Of a DNA stretch of 64,000 bases, positions 1-12,965 are shown one piece after another. The notes beneath the pieces are model-generated. The model did not search any database. It saw nothing but the letters and a program-made list of their open reading frames with translations, and was not told where the DNA came from. How positions within the stretch are numbered: the stretch's first letter is position 1; the number at the start of each line of letters is the position of its first letter. The DNA comes from an uncultured Alphaproteobacteria bacterium (GTDB lineage Bacteria; Pseudomonadota; Alphaproteobacteria; CAWJRW01): contig CAWJRW010000006.1 of assembly GCA_963845385.1 (NCBI GenBank), positions 711,450-775,449 on the forward strand. Direction: 5' to 3'. The position numbers were made by a program, and so were the translations under genes.

Positions 1-1107
1 CTTGCCGCGGCCGCGCGGCGCTCGTGCGCGCCATGTTCGCCAAGGAGGAGGGCGTGCCCGTCGCGCGCGCGGCGCTCGAGGCGCAAATCAAGGCGGCGGT
101 GGCAGAGGTCGTCCAAAGCCAGGTGGCCTCAGGCATCGACATTGTCAATGACGGCGAGATGAGCAAGCCGAGCTACGCCACCTATGTCAAAGATCGGCTG
201 TCCGGCTTCGGCGGCGAGAGCGGACGCTTTGCCTATCAGGATCTCGTGGAGTTTCCGGCGCTTGCCGCGCGCGTCTTCGGCGATCCCGGGCGCTCGCGCC
301 GGAAGACGCCGGGCTGCAACGCGCCGGTCGTCCGTGCGCGACAAAGAGGCCGTCAAGCGCGACATCGCCAATCTCAAGGCCGCGCTTGGCCGGACGCGCG
401 CAGCGGAGGATGCGTTCCTCAGCGCGGCCTCGCCCGGCGTCATCTCGCTCTTCTTCCAGAACCACTACTACCCGAGCCACGAGGCCTATCTGTTCGCCAT
501 CGCCGATGCCATGCGCTTCGAATACGAGGCGATCGCGCACGCCGGCTTCGTCTTGCAGATCGATTGTCCCGATCTCGCCATGGGCCGGCACATCCAATTC
601 GCCGATTTGTCGCTTGAAGAGTTCCGCAAGAACGCCGCGCTTCATGTCGAGGCCCTCAATCATGCGCTCTCGAACATTTCGCCCGAGCAACTCCGCATGC
701 ATCTCTGCTGGGGCAATTACGAGGGCCCCCATCACTGCGACGTGCCGCTCAAGGACATCATCGACATCGTTTTTCGCGCGCGGCCCGCGGCGATCTCACT
801 CGAAGCGGCCAATCCCCGCCACGCCCATGAGTGGGCGCTGTTCGAGACGGTGAAACTGCCCGACGGCAAGCTCCTCATTCCCGGCGTCATCGAGTCGAAG
901 TCGAACTTCATCGAGCACCCCGAGCTCGTCGCGCAGCGCATCGGCCGCTACGCCAAGCTCGTCGGCCGCGAGAATGTCATCGCCGGCAGCGACTGCGGCT
1001 ATGGCACCTGGGTCGGCCAGGCGGCCGTCGATCCCGCCGTCGTGTGGGCCAAGCTCAAAGCCATGGCCGAAGGCGCGCGGCTCGCCTCGAAGGCGTTTTG
1101 GCGGTGA
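1..1107 (+). CDS. Cobalamin-independent methionine synthase II-like (MetE-like) protein. The 5' end lies outside the window. The frame switches near 300-345, from ORF 24..617 to ORF 184..1107.
   Basis: GIDIVNDGEMSKPSYATYVKDRL in one frame, then EAVKRDIANLKAALG...FQNHYYPSHEAYLFAIADAMRFEYEAIAHAGFVLQIDCPDLAMG...IAGSDCGYGTW in the second frame; MetE-family methyltransferase motifs. Confidence 0.7.
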
Positions 1108-1219
1108 GGGAGAGTTCTATTCGTGCGAGGCGGGGGGCAGGCCGTCGGTGTGATCCACATCGAGCTACTACATAAGCTCGAGGAATTGCCGCGTGTAAGC
1201 CGACGAACTCTCCACATGG

Positions 1220-1582
1220 CTACCGGCTCTCAGCATCGATGGCGGCGATCTTCGCTTCAATGGCGTCGAGATCGCCGCGTAGGACGCTAAGCTCTCGTTG
1301 CTTGGCCAATTTCCGGTTCATAAGCTTGGCATCGTCCACGAGGCTCTTAACAAACATAAGCCAGCCAAGCAGAGTTACAATAGTCGAAAAACCACCGGTG
1401 ACGGGGGACAGGACCGAGCCGCCGAAGCTACCGATCAAGCTGGCGAGCACATAGCCTGTACTGGTTTTGAGTTGACGTTCGATGTACTGAATTTCGTTCA
1501 GGCGAGCAGCTTCATCGTCTTTTTTTGCGCGAAGAGCTGCCCGAAGTTCGCCAATGGAGTCCGGGAAGTCCGCCGACTCCAT
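1220..1582 (-). CDS. Hypothetical 120-aa protein: N-terminal coiled coil, central hydrophobic hairpin (two TM), C-terminal coiled coil
   Basis: Intact ORF in the lower-GC patch; hydrophobic core GYVLASLIGSFGGSVLSPVTGGFSTIVTLLGWLMFV; no family recognised. Confidence 0.45.
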   Translation of the reverse strand: MESADFPDSIGELRAALRAKKDDEAARLNEIQYIERQLKTSTGYVLASLIGSFGGSVLSPVTGGFSTIVTLLGWLMFVKSLVDDAKLMNRKLAKQRELSVLRGDLDAIEAKIAAIDAESR

Positions 1583-1594
1583 GGTCTAGCAGTC

Positions 1595-1957
1595 TTAGCC
1601 GTTTGGATGGCGCTGCTCGATCTCGTCGAGCTTGGTCAACAGGTCATCCGTACGCTTACTGAGTTCATGATGTTCACGCAGGAGCATTGCAACCTCCATG
1701 CGTTGGTATTGGAGAACGATCAGAAGAACACTGCCCACTCCGAGGCTGAGGCCGGCCAAAACCCACGCCGCCGAAGTCCAGATACCGGGCGTGATGCCGA
1801 ATCCGCCGGAAACGGTGAGGGCCGCCACCGTCACGCCGGCGACAAAGGCGAGCATGACAAGTGCTGAGCCAATCATGGCGTAGGGAGGCAGACCAAGCTG
1901 CGGTTCAATTTGAACCGAAACGATGCGACGGAGGAACGGCATTTGACTCCTCAGCAC
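1595..1957 (-). CDS. Hypothetical 120-aa membrane protein (two TM helices followed by a C-terminal coiled coil)
   Basis: Intact ORF in tandem with 1220..1582; hydrophobic segments MIGSALVMLAFVAGVTVAALTV and AAWVLAGLSLGVGSVLLIVL. Confidence 0.45.
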   Translation of the reverse strand: MLRSQMPFLRRIVSVQIEPQLGLPPYAMIGSALVMLAFVAGVTVAALTVSGGFGITPGIWTSAAWVLAGLSLGVGSVLLIVLQYQRMEVAMLLREHHELSKRTDDLLTKLDEIEQRHPNG

Positions 1958-2107
1958 GGGTAACCCGACGAGCGGCTGTGGTGCTTCTGATAAACTTTAT
2001 ATGAGAGTCCGCGATTTGCGAGACAAGTCATGCCTACGCCTCATGCCGCCCAAGTGCGAAGCGCCGCAAAGAGGCAATTTGTGCTTGCCAAACACTCGAT
2101 CTTGGAG

Positions 2108-2122
2108 GAACATATCAAGAAC
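2108..2122. promoter_or_regulatory. Putative alphaproteobacterial LexA (SOS) box GAAC-N7-GAAC. It lies in the 340-bp intergenic region between the minus-strand small-protein pair and ssb.
   Basis: Sequence GAACATATCAAGAAC matches the GTTC-N7-GTTC / GAAC-N7-GAAC direct repeat bound by alphaproteobacterial LexA; ssb is a classical SOS gene. Confidence 0.4.
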
Positions 2123-2294
2123 ACGTGTCGCTGGGCAAGAGCTTGTGATGCTGTTGGCGACAATTCATGCATTCGGCTAGTGTCGGAGGCAACGTCGTTT
2201 CAAGGCGTCAGCGGCATCGACGCCGCAGGCGTCCGCCATCTCTAAGCAGGCGCGGGCCGCCCGGCTCGCGCGCAAAACCCGGACAGGACCCACC

Positions 2295-2771
2295 ATGGCA
2301 GGCAGCGTCAACAAGGTCATCCTCGTCGGCAATCTGGGCGCCGACCCCGAGGTTCGCTTCACCCAGGACAACCGGCCCATCGTGCATTTGCGCGTGGCCA
2401 CCTCGGACTCCTGGAAGGACAAAGCCACGGGCGAGCGCAAGGAGCGCACCGAGTGGCACCGCGTCACCATCTTCTCCGAAGGGCTCGCCAAGGTCGCGCA
2501 GCAATATTTGAAGAAGGGCTCGAAGGTCTATCTCGAGGGCCAGCTTCAGACGCGCAAATGGCAGGACCAACAGGGCCAGGACCGCTATTCCACCGAGGTC
2601 GTGCTCCAGGGCTTCAATGCATCACTCCAAATGCTCGACCGCGCCAACAATGGCGGCGCAGCGCGCCAAGACGAAAGCATCGAAAGCGGGGGCGAGCGTC
2701 GCGGCGGGGGCGGGGGCGGGGGCGGCGGCGGCGGCTCGGGCGCCGAGCTCGACGACGAGATTCCGTTTTAG
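2295..2771 (+). CDS. ssb: Single-stranded DNA-binding protein
   Basis: OB-fold N-terminus [17 protein letters not shown], Gly-rich linker, acidic C-terminal tail DDEIPF. Confidence 0.95.
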   Translation: MAGSVNKVILVGNLGADPEVRFTQDNRPIVHLRVATSDSWKDKATGERKERTEWHRVTIFSEGLAKVAQQYLKKGSKVYLEGQLQTRKWQDQQGQDRYSTEVVLQGFNASLQMLDRANNGGAARQDESIESGGERRGGGGGGGGGGGSGAELDDEIPF

Positions 2772-2850
2772 GCGTTTCCCGCCGCTCCCGCGGCGGAGCC
2801 CCGCACGCGCCGGCACCCGTCGATCACGACGTGAACGCGGGCGCGTAGAA

Positions 2851-4005
2851 TCATGCGTAAGCCCGCGTCGCGTTCGCGGCGCTGCCTGCTAGCCCCGCGC
2901 GTTCGCGCCGGACGAGCCATCCCGAAGCGAGCCAGAGCGCGCCCGCCATGAGCGCGCCGATATAGCCGTCCACCGCGTAATGGAATCCGAGATGGACGGA
3001 GCCGAGAAAAATAACCACGGCAAACGCCGAATAGGCGAGACCCGCCAACCAGTGCCGGCGCCAGCCGAACAGCGCAAGCAGAACGGCAATCGTGACATGC
3101 ATGCTCGGCATGGCGGAAATGCCTTGGCCCGGCAGGGCCGTGCCCGACACGAAGCTCTGCCACAGCATGTCTTGCACGTGCAGGGAGGCGAGGGGACGGT
3201 AGGTCGCGTCGACCGCCCGCAGGTAGTCGAGCAGGCCATCGACGGGCGAGGGGCCCATGCCGAGCCTCGAAACAAAGGCGGGACCGGCGGAGGACAGCGC
3301 AAGCGCCGCCATCGAGCCGATGAGAATCCAAGAGACGATGAAGGCCGTGATGAACTGCAAGCGCAGAGCGTTGCGTTCCCTCGCAAAGACCTGCCAGTAG
3401 AACGTCATGCACGCAACGGGAAACCAGAGATAATACAAATGATCGAGCAGGCTCGTGACGATCGGAAAGCCGAGAACCGGTTGCAAAAGCAACCAGGGCG
3501 ATACACCGCCATGAAGCGCTTGGTCGAGCGCCATGAGCCACTCGTCATAAGCGAATGGGTGAAACAAGGGGATGTGCAGCTTGACCGTGGAGAACGTCGC
3601 CAGCACCGCGCTGATGCACGGCGTGACCACTATCATGCGTGCAAGGACGACGGGCCGCATTGGTGAACGGTAGAAGGCGCGACCTAGAGCGGAGATGGGC
3701 CGTTGCGGGCGATGTTGGGCGAGAAAAACGACGATCCAGGGTGTCGCGGCCATCGCGGCCGACAGGCAATTTCCGAGAAAGCTCGGGAGAAGGGCACCGA
3801 TCGTTTGCCCGATGGCGTTGGGGGCATGCGTTCCAAGAACGACCGCGGCGCCCAATACGTAGAGCACAGTAAGACCGACAAGGAGCTCGTGCTCCTCGTA
3901 AGCTTGGCGGAATGCCGTCGCGAAATCCAAGGCGCGCGGGCGGGGTGGGCGCAGGGACCAAAAGGTCCTCAAATAAGCGGCGTTCGACATCCGGGCCCCC
4001 CACAT
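2851..4005 (-). CDS. Polytopic membrane protein, PAP2-like (phosphatidic acid phosphatase type 2 / inositol-phosphotransferase-like). Start uncertain (ORF extends to 4056).
   Basis: Multiple TM helices; PSMH and HLGFHYAVD segments resemble PAP2 motifs PSGH and SR-x5-H-x3-D. Confidence 0.45.
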   Translation of the reverse strand: MWGARMSNAAYLRTFWSLRPPRPRALDFATAFRQAYEEHELLVGLTVLYVLGAAVVLGTHAPNAIGQTIGALLPSFLGNCLSAAMAATPWIVVFLAQHRPQRPISALGRAFYRSPMRPVVLARMIVVTPCISAVLATFSTVKLHIPLFHPFAYDEWLMALDQALHGGVSPWLLLQPVLGFPIVTSLLDHLYYLWFPVACMTFYWQVFARERNALRLQFITAFIVSWILIGSMAALALSSAGPAFVSRLGMGPSPVDGLLDYLRAVDATYRPLASLHVQDMLWQSFVSGTALPGQGISAMPSMHVTIAVLLALFGWRRHWLAGLAYSAFAVVIFLGSVHLGFHYAVDGYIGALMAGALWLASGWLVRRERAGLAGSAANATRAYA

Positions 4006-4258
4006 GGACCAAAGAACCGAAACCGATGCGGCAGGAGCCGTTATCGCCCGTGCCAATCCGAGCCATGCAGCAGCGCACGCCCTGGCTTTACGCCCTGCGA
4101 ATGCAGATTCTCGGCCATGCGCGAATTGGCAAGGCAGAGCCGACGCTTAACGTTGGCGCGGCAGGCTCCTTCTTGGTAAGATTTGCCCGATGATTCATGG
4201 TTCTCGCCCGCACCGGAAGCACGCTTCCGGCGGGCCTTCTTTCATCCGCTGATCGCCC

Positions 4259-7044
<2,786 letters not shown>

Positions 7045-7048
7045 ATCC

Positions 7049-7540
7049 ATGGAACGCATCGGCGTCTACCCCGGCACCTTCGATCCGCCCACCAAGGGCC
7101 ACCGCGACATCATCGAGCGCGCGCTGTCGCTCGTCGATCGTCTGGTGATCGGCGTCGGCGTCAATACGACCAAGGCGCCGCTCTTCAGCTTGGAGGAGCG
7201 CGTGGCCATGGTGCAGGCCGACGTGGCGACGCTTGCGGGGGGCAAGATCGCGGTCAAGCCGTTCAATGGCCTCGTCGTGCGCTTTGCCGAAGAGGAAGGC
7301 GCGCGCGTCATCGTGCGGGGATTGCGCAGCGTCACCGATTTCGACTACGAGGCGCAGATGGCGGCGGCCAACGGCCGCATGAGCCCGGGCATCGAGACCA
7401 TGCTTCTCTTCGCCGACCCGAGCACGCTGGCCATTTCCGGCACGCTCGTGCGCGAGATCGCGCGCCTCGGCGGCGACGTCTCGCCTTTCGTGTCGCCCGC
7501 GGTCGCGGCAAAGCTCGCGCTCAAGCTCGGCAAGTCCTGA
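7049..7540 (+). CDS. coaD: Phosphopantetheine adenylyltransferase
   Basis: GVYPGTFDPPTKGHRDIIERA; 163 aa; directly downstream of gyrA. Confidence 0.93.
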   Translation: MERIGVYPGTFDPPTKGHRDIIERALSLVDRLVIGVGVNTTKAPLFSLEERVAMVQADVATLAGGKIAVKPFNGLVVRFAEEEGARVIVRGLRSVTDFDYEAQMAAANGRMSPGIETMLLFADPSTLAISGTLVREIARLGGDVSPFVSPAVAAKLALKLGKS

Positions 7541-7636
7541 CGCGCGCCGCCCGTCTTCCTGTCGCAGACGCTCGTTTGCAGTCTGGCAAAACTGTGAAGC
7601 TTTGCGCTACACAGCTTTCGGAGGCGGCCTGATGCC

Positions 7637-8814
7637 GTGTCCATCGGCGCTCTTCAATCAAATGCAAGGGAGACACTCGAATGTCTCGGGAGGAAGGGGA
7701 CTTGCCGCGCCGGCGTCGTCGCCGTCGGGGCGCTGGTCAGCGCTGCTTGCAGCGACGGGGACGGGCGACGGCCCAGGGAAAACCGAAAGCTCAGCGGTGG
7801 ACAAGCAACGGCGCCGTTCACGGTCCGGCCTACACGGTGCCCTGGTCGAGCCTCGCGAGCACCGAGGGCAAGGCCTTCTTCATCGAAATGAGCAAGGCAA
7901 CCGTTTCCGCCCGGCGGGCCGAAGTGCCGACATCGCGACCATGCGCAAGGCGAGTCGATGACGCGATCTTCAAGCCGCAGATCGAGCAGCAGAAGGCGGC
8001 CTATCCGGTCAAGATCGAGCAACAGACCATCGCCGGCGTCTATACCGAGGTGTTCACGCCCGTGGGCGGCGTCCCCATCGCGAACGCAGAGGCGCGTGCT
8101 CATCAATCTGCATGGCGGCGGATTCGTCATGGGCGCGCGCACGGAGGGACAGATCGAGTCCATTCCCGATCGCGAGCGTGGGCAAGATCAAAGTCATCAG
8201 CGTGGACTACCGCCAGGGCCCGGAAAACAAGTTTCCCTCGGCGAGCGAGGACGTGGCCAAGGTCTATATGGAGCTGCTCAAGACTTATAAGCCGCGCAAC
8301 ATCGGCATCTATGGCTGCTCGGCGGGCGGAATGCTGACGGCCGAGATGGTCGCTTGGTTCGACAAGGAGAATTTGCCGCAGCCGGGCGCCATCGGCATCT
8401 TCTGCGCTTCGGCCTACCGCTCCGACGAGGGCGACTCCGCCTATACCGTCGCCCATGCTTGGCGGCTTTGGGCGCGGCGCCCACGGGCAAAGCCCAGCTG
8501 GGGAATGTCGGGCGCCTATTTCGGCGACACGGCTCTCAACGATCCCTTGGCCGTGCCCGGCGCGTCGAAAGGGATTCTCGCCAAGTTTCCGCCGACGCTC
8601 TTGATCACCGGCACGCGCGCTGCCGGAGATGAGCGCGGCGCTTCAACACGCATATCGAGCTCGTCAAGCTCGGCATCGATGCGCAGATCTTCGTTTGGGA
8701 CGGCATGCCCCACGCCTTCTTCTACAATCCGGATCTGCCGGAATCGAAAGAGGCCTACGACATCATCGTCAAGTTCTTCGACAGCCATCTCGGCAGGCGC
8801 ATACTGCCATTCTG
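7637..8814 (+). CDS. Alpha/beta-hydrolase esterase/lipase (HSL family), probable lipoprotein. Several frameshifts (about 7760, 7950, 8110, 8640).
   Basis: Signal/lipobox [13 protein letters not shown]; HGGGF oxyanion motif; GCSAGG nucleophile elbow; C-terminus [19 protein letters not shown] in a third frame ending at 8814. Confidence 0.65.
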
Positions 8815-8886
8815 AGGCGCGCTGGCTTAATTTCGGAGCGGTCCGGCTTCCCTGCCGGGCCGCTTCGTGCTTTTGGAGAGAGCGCC

Positions 8887-9960
8887 GTGCGGGTCGATGC
8901 TTCGACTACGAGCTGCCGCCCGAGCGCATCGCGCTCAGGCCTGCAAGCCCGCGCGATGCGGCGCGCCTGCTCGTGGTGGACGGCGGGCCGTCTCGAGGAC
9001 CGCATCGTCGCCGACTTGCCCGCGCTCCTGAAGCCCGGCGACGTTCTCGTTCTCAACGACACGGCGGTCATTCCGGCCGAGCTTAAAGGCACACGCGCCA
9101 CACGACTGCCCGAGGGCGGGGAGGCGCGCCTTTCCTTCACATTGCACAAGCGCCTGGACGGCGCGCGCTGGCGCGGCTTCGCGCGTCCGGCCAAGCGGCT
9201 GCGCGCGGGCGACCGGGTTCAATTCGGAGAAGGTCTGACGGCCATCGTCGAGCAGCAACTGGGCGAGGGCGAGGTGCTGCTATCCTTCGATCGCAGTGGA
9301 GAAATGTTGGACAAGGCCTTGCAGGAGCAGGGACAAATGCCGCTTCCGCCCTATATCGCGACGCGCCGCCCGGCGGACGGGCGGGACCGGAGCGACTACC
9401 AGACGGTTTATGCCCGGATGCCCGGCGCCGTGGCCGCGCCGACCGCCGGACTTCATTTCACGCCGGAGCTCTTTACGGCACTCGCCGCGCGCGGGATCGG
9501 CCATGTCATGCTGACCCTCCATGTCGGTCCGGGCACGTTTCTGCCCGTGAAAGCCGACGATACGAAGGACCATGTCATGCACGCCGAATGGGGCCGCGTG
9601 ACTCCGGATGCAGCGCGCACGATCAACGCGACGCGGCGCGAGGGCGGCAGACTCGTTGCAGTCGGCACGACGAGCTTGCGCCTGCTCGAAAGCGCGGCCG
9701 ACGAAACGGGCCGCGTTCAGCCTTTCGAGGGCGAGACGCGACTTTTCATCACGCCGGGCTATCGCTTTCGCACGGCCGAGCTTCTCCTCACCAATTTCCA
9801 TTTGCCGCGCTCGACGCTGCTCATGCTGGTGCAGGCCTTCGGCGGCGTGGAGGCCATGCGCCGCGCTTATGCGCACGCCATCGCCAGCGGCTATCGCTTC
9901 TATTCCTATGGCGATGCCTGCCTCATTCATCGGGCGGCGGCGGCCCCCGCCCATGGCTGA
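8887..9960 (+). CDS. queA: S-adenosylmethionine:tRNA ribosyltransferase-isomerase. GTG start; two frame changes near 8895 and 8990.
   Basis: [26 protein letters not shown] then [17 protein letters not shown] ... [14 protein letters not shown] ... [14 protein letters not shown]. Confidence 0.88.
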   Translation: MRVDASTTSCRPSASRSGLQARAMRRACSWWTAGRLEDRIVADLPALLKPGDVLVLNDTAVIPAELKGTRATRLPEGGEARLSFTLHKRLDGARWRGFARPAKRLRAGDRVQFGEGLTAIVEQQLGEGEVLLSFDRSGEMLDKALQEQGQMPLPPYIATRRPADGRDRSDYQTVYARMPGAVAAPTAGLHFTPELFTALAARGIGHVMLTLHVGPGTFLPVKADDTKDHVMHAEWGRVTPDAARTINATRREGGRLVAVGTTSLRLLESAADETGRVQPFEGETRLFITPGYRFRTAELLLTNFHLPRSTLLMLVQAFGGVEAMRRAYAHAIASGYRFYSYGDACLIHRAAAAPAHG

Positions 9961-11121
9961 CGGCTTCGTGTTCGGCATTGCCGCACGCGATGGCGCCGCG
10001 CGCAGCGGCGCCCTCTCAACCCCGCGCGGAGACATTCGCACGCCGGCCTTCATGCCCGTGGGCACGGCGGCACCGTCAAGGCCATGCTGCCGGACCAGGT
10101 GCGCGCCACCGGCGCCGACATCGTGCTCGGCAATACCTATCACCTGATGCTGCGCCCGGGCGCCGAGCGCATCGCACGCCTCGGGGGCTTGCACAAATTC
10201 ATGAATTGGCCGCGGCCGATCTTGACCGACTCCGGCGGCTATCAAGTGATGTCGCTTAGCGCCCTCCGCCGCCTCACCGAGGAGGGCGTGACCTTCCGCT
10301 CCCATCTCGACGGCGCCGAGGAGATGCTGAGCCCGGAGCGCGCGATCGAGATCCAGCGCCTGCTCGGCTCGGACATCGCCATGGTGCTCGACGAATGCAC
10401 GCCCTTTCCGGCGTCGCATGACGAAGCCGCACGCTCCATGGAGCTTTCCATGCGCTGGGCCGCGCGCTCGAAGGCGGCCTTCGTGCCGCGATCGGGCTCG
10501 GCGCTGTTCGGCATCGTGCAAGGCGGCGTTTTTTCGGACCTGCGCGCGCGCTCGGCCGCCGCGCTCCGGGACATCGGCTTCGATGGCTACGCGCTCGGCG
10601 GGCTTGCCGTGGGCGAGGGGCGCGAGACTATGTTTCGCGTGCTCGACGAAACGGTGCCCGTGCTTCCGGAGTCATCGCCGCGCTATCTCATGGGCGTCGG
10701 CAAGCCCGAGGACATTGTGGGCGCGGTGCAGCGCGGCATCGACATGTTCGATTGCGTCATACCCACGCGCTCGGGCCGGAACGGGCAGGCCTTCACCTGG
10801 GACGGGCCGCTCAACCTGCGCAATGCGCGCCACGCCGACGACCCGCGCCCCCTCGACGAGACGAGCGCCTGTCCGGCGAGCCGTGACTACGCGCGCGCCT
10901 ATCTGCATCACCTCGTGAAGGCGAACGAGATCCTCGGCGCCGTGCTCCTGTCCTGGCACAACCTCGCCTTCTTTCAAGCTTTGATGGCAGCGCTGCGCCG
11001 GGCGATCGCGGACGAAAAGCTCGATGCCTTCGTGGCGGGCTTTCGGGCGCGCTATCGCGCCGGCATTGGCGAGACCGAGGCGAACGAAAGGGAACCCGCC
11101 GGGAAACTCAAGCGGGATTGA
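9953..11121 (+). CDS. tgt: Queuine tRNA-ribosyltransferase. Start overlaps the queA stop. One frame change near 10075.
   Basis: [40 protein letters not shown] then [13 protein letters not shown] ... [12 protein letters not shown] ... [14 protein letters not shown]. Confidence 0.9.
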
Positions 11122-11587
11122 CCGGGACGGCGGAGCGCTGCTCCCAATAGCGCTTCGGCACGTCGTAATGCGTTGCGATCACGAGCATATCGATGATGCT
11201 CTGGTCGTCCGAAAAAGGCACGACGAGCACTTCCAAGTGACCGTACACTTTGTACATCGACAAGCTCTCATGGAAAACCAGGAGCGGCGCGCGGCTCTCC
11301 AATGCGCGGATGAGATTGGTGTGCATGATGTTGCGAAGCGTGTCATTCGGCATGACATCGAGAGTCTTGCCCGTCAAATCGAAGCCCGTGCGGTCGACGC
11401 TCGCGGTGCCCTGAATGCGGAAGAAGAAGCGCAAGGGGTCGCGAAGAGCATCGACCAGAGAGAGGTTGCCCAGAATGTAACGGAGGTTCAGGGGATCGAT
11501 GTCGGCTCGCGTCGGGAATGCGCGCACGCCGCGCCAGGTTTGCCAATCCCGGTAGAAGCGTTGCAGACTGGGCGACTTCACATCCAT
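11108..11587 (-). CDS. PAS_5/DUF1457-like small protein, paralog A (159 aa)
   Basis: [44 protein letters not shown]...[11 protein letters not shown]...[10 protein letters not shown]...[14 protein letters not shown] matches the L-x-x-Y-x-x-W-x-x-x-RG-x-R-x-x-P-x-R-x-D-x-DP pattern of the alphaproteobacterial PAS_5 family (recalled from memory, not searched). Confidence 0.6.
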   Translation of the reverse strand: MDVKSPSLQRFYRDWQTWRGVRAFPTRADIDPLNLRYILGNLSLVDALRDPLRFFFRIQGTASVDRTGFDLTGKTLDVMPNDTLRNIMHTNLIRALESRAPLLVFHESLSMYKVYGHLEVLVVPFSDDQSIIDMLVIATHYDVPKRYWEQRSAVPVNPA

Positions 11588-11595
11588 TGTGCGAC

Positions 11596-11778
11596 CTATA
11601 TGCCCGCGCCCACGAGGGAAACGTTTCCCGGAATGTGACGGAGGTCGAGAGGATCAAAATCAGAGCGCATCGGGAAGACGCGCGTGCCTCGCCGCGCCTC
11701 CCAATCCCGATAGAGCCGTTGCAAGGTTGGCGACTTTGCTTCCACGATGCGCCCCTGCGGGCTTCCTTCCAAGCTCAA
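11596..11778 (-). pseudogene. Truncated 5' fragment (first ~45 codons) of a PAS_5-like paralog, abutting the start of paralog A
   Basis: KSPTLQRLYRDWEARRGTRVFPMRSDFDPLDLRHIPGNVSLV, then the frame is lost 9 bp upstream of the ATG of 11108..11587. Confidence 0.55.
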
Positions 11779-11860
11779 TTTTGGCCGCCTGCTCCTTAAG
11801 ATTTGCTAAGCGGCTGCGGGCTTCGCGGGAAGGCGGCGGGCGCCCGCGCTTTTCGGCCGG

Positions 11861-12355
11861 TCAACGGGGTGTCGCGGGCGAGAAGGGTCTCAAGACGGAG
11901 TATTTGGGCACATCGAAATGCGTGCCGGTCGCGAGCATGTCGATCGTTCGTCCGTCGCGCGAAAACGGCAGGATGAGCGCTTCGATGAAGCCGAATTCCT
12001 TGGTGGCCATCACCCGTTCCTGGGAACGAAGAATCGGCGCACGTGCTTCGAGTGCTTGCGTGAGACCTTGCCGGAGGATTTCGCGGACGGACTGGTCGGG
12101 AAGTGCATCCAAGCTCTTATGCGTCAGATCGAAGCCCAGCCTTTCGGCGCTCGACGTCGCGTGGATGCGGTAGAAGAAGCGCAGCGGGTCATAGAACACA
12201 TCGGTCAGGGACAAGTTCCCCAAGATGTAACGCAGCTCCAAGGGATCGATGTCGAACCGGTCCGGGAAAAGGCGCGCGCCGCGCCATCGTTCCCAGTCGC
12301 GATAGAGACATCGCAGGGCTTCCGACTTCAGGTCCAACGCACTGCTCCTTGGCAT
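11861..12355 (-). CDS. PAS_5/DUF1457-like small protein, paralog B (~165 aa; the ORF extends upstream to 12577 but the likely start is MPRSSALDLKSEALR)
   Basis: [53 protein letters not shown]...GFDLTHKSLD...ILPFSRDGRTIDML. Confidence 0.6.
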   Translation of the reverse strand: MPRSSALDLKSEALRCLYRDWERWRGARLFPDRFDIDPLELRYILGNLSLTDVFYDPLRFFYRIHATSSAERLGFDLTHKSLDALPDQSVREILRQGLTQALEARAPILRSQERVMATKEFGFIEALILPFSRDGRTIDMLATGTHFDVPKYSVLRPFSPATPR

Positions 12356-12443
12356 TGGTCTGGTACAACCGCCGGCGGACCAAAGCCCGGGCGCCGTCAA
12401 ACGCGCCTCGCTCAGCGAACGCACCGTGCCGGGATGTCGGCAG

Positions 12444-12920
12444 TCACGCGGTGTCTCGCTGCGCCGCAGCCCGAGGCGAAACGCGCGCGGGGATGACCAG
12501 ATGTGTGCCGGCGGCGAGCATGTCGATCGTTTGTCCGTCGCTCGAGAACGGCAACACGAGCACCTCCACGCGGCCAAAGGCCTTGACGAGATTCGCCGGG
12601 TCCACGATCTCCGAATACGGTGCCCGTCTCTTTAGGACCTCGATTAGGTTGGCGCGCATGTATTCCCGGTATTCGTCGTCCGGCAGCTCGTCCAGGCTCT
12701 TGCCCGTAAGATCGAAGCCCATGCGTTCGGCGCGGGCGGAGGCATGGATGCGGACCAAGAAGCGCAAGGGGTTGTACGAGACGGCGAAGACCCACAGGTT
12801 CCCAAGCATGTATTTCAGCTGAAGAGGATCGAGATCCTCGCGCGCCGGAAACTTGCGTTCGCCGCGCCAGCAATTCCAATCCTCATAGAGCTGCCGCAAG
12901 GCCGGTGTGTTCAGTTGCAT
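12444..12920 (-). CDS. PAS_5/DUF1457-like small protein, paralog C (158 aa)
   Basis: LRQLYEDWNCWRGERKFPAREDLDPLQLKYMLGNL...NPLRFLVRIHA...GFDLTGKSLD...VLPFSSDGQTIDML. Confidence 0.6.
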   Translation of the reverse strand: MQLNTPALRQLYEDWNCWRGERKFPAREDLDPLQLKYMLGNLWVFAVSYNPLRFLVRIHASARAERMGFDLTGKSLDELPDDEYREYMRANLIEVLKRRAPYSEIVDPANLVKAFGRVEVLVLPFSSDGQTIDMLAAGTHLVIPARVSPRAAAQRDTA

Positions 12921-12965
12921 GGCGACCTGTTTCCTAGTGCTCGGACCACATGAACATCGACGCGC

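Noticed and set aside
2030-2245. 71-aa ORF in the ssb upstream intergenic region
   Set aside because: Lies across the putative promoter/LexA-box region; no RBS or conservation signal; more likely non-coding regulatory DNA
2680-2745. GGC/GGG triplet repeat tract
   Set aside because: Encodes the natural Gly-rich flexible linker of SSB, not a mobile or CRISPR-type repeat
2768-3541. 257-aa minus-strand ORF plus several other long Arg/Ala-rich ORFs (e.g. 5015-5788 -, 14928-16103 +, 17063-18100 -, 25235-26059 +, 40049-41167 -, 42136-43185 -)
   Set aside because: Shadow ORFs in alternative frames of recognisable genes, typical of high-GC DNA; compositionally biased (R/A/G/P) translations with no domain signatures
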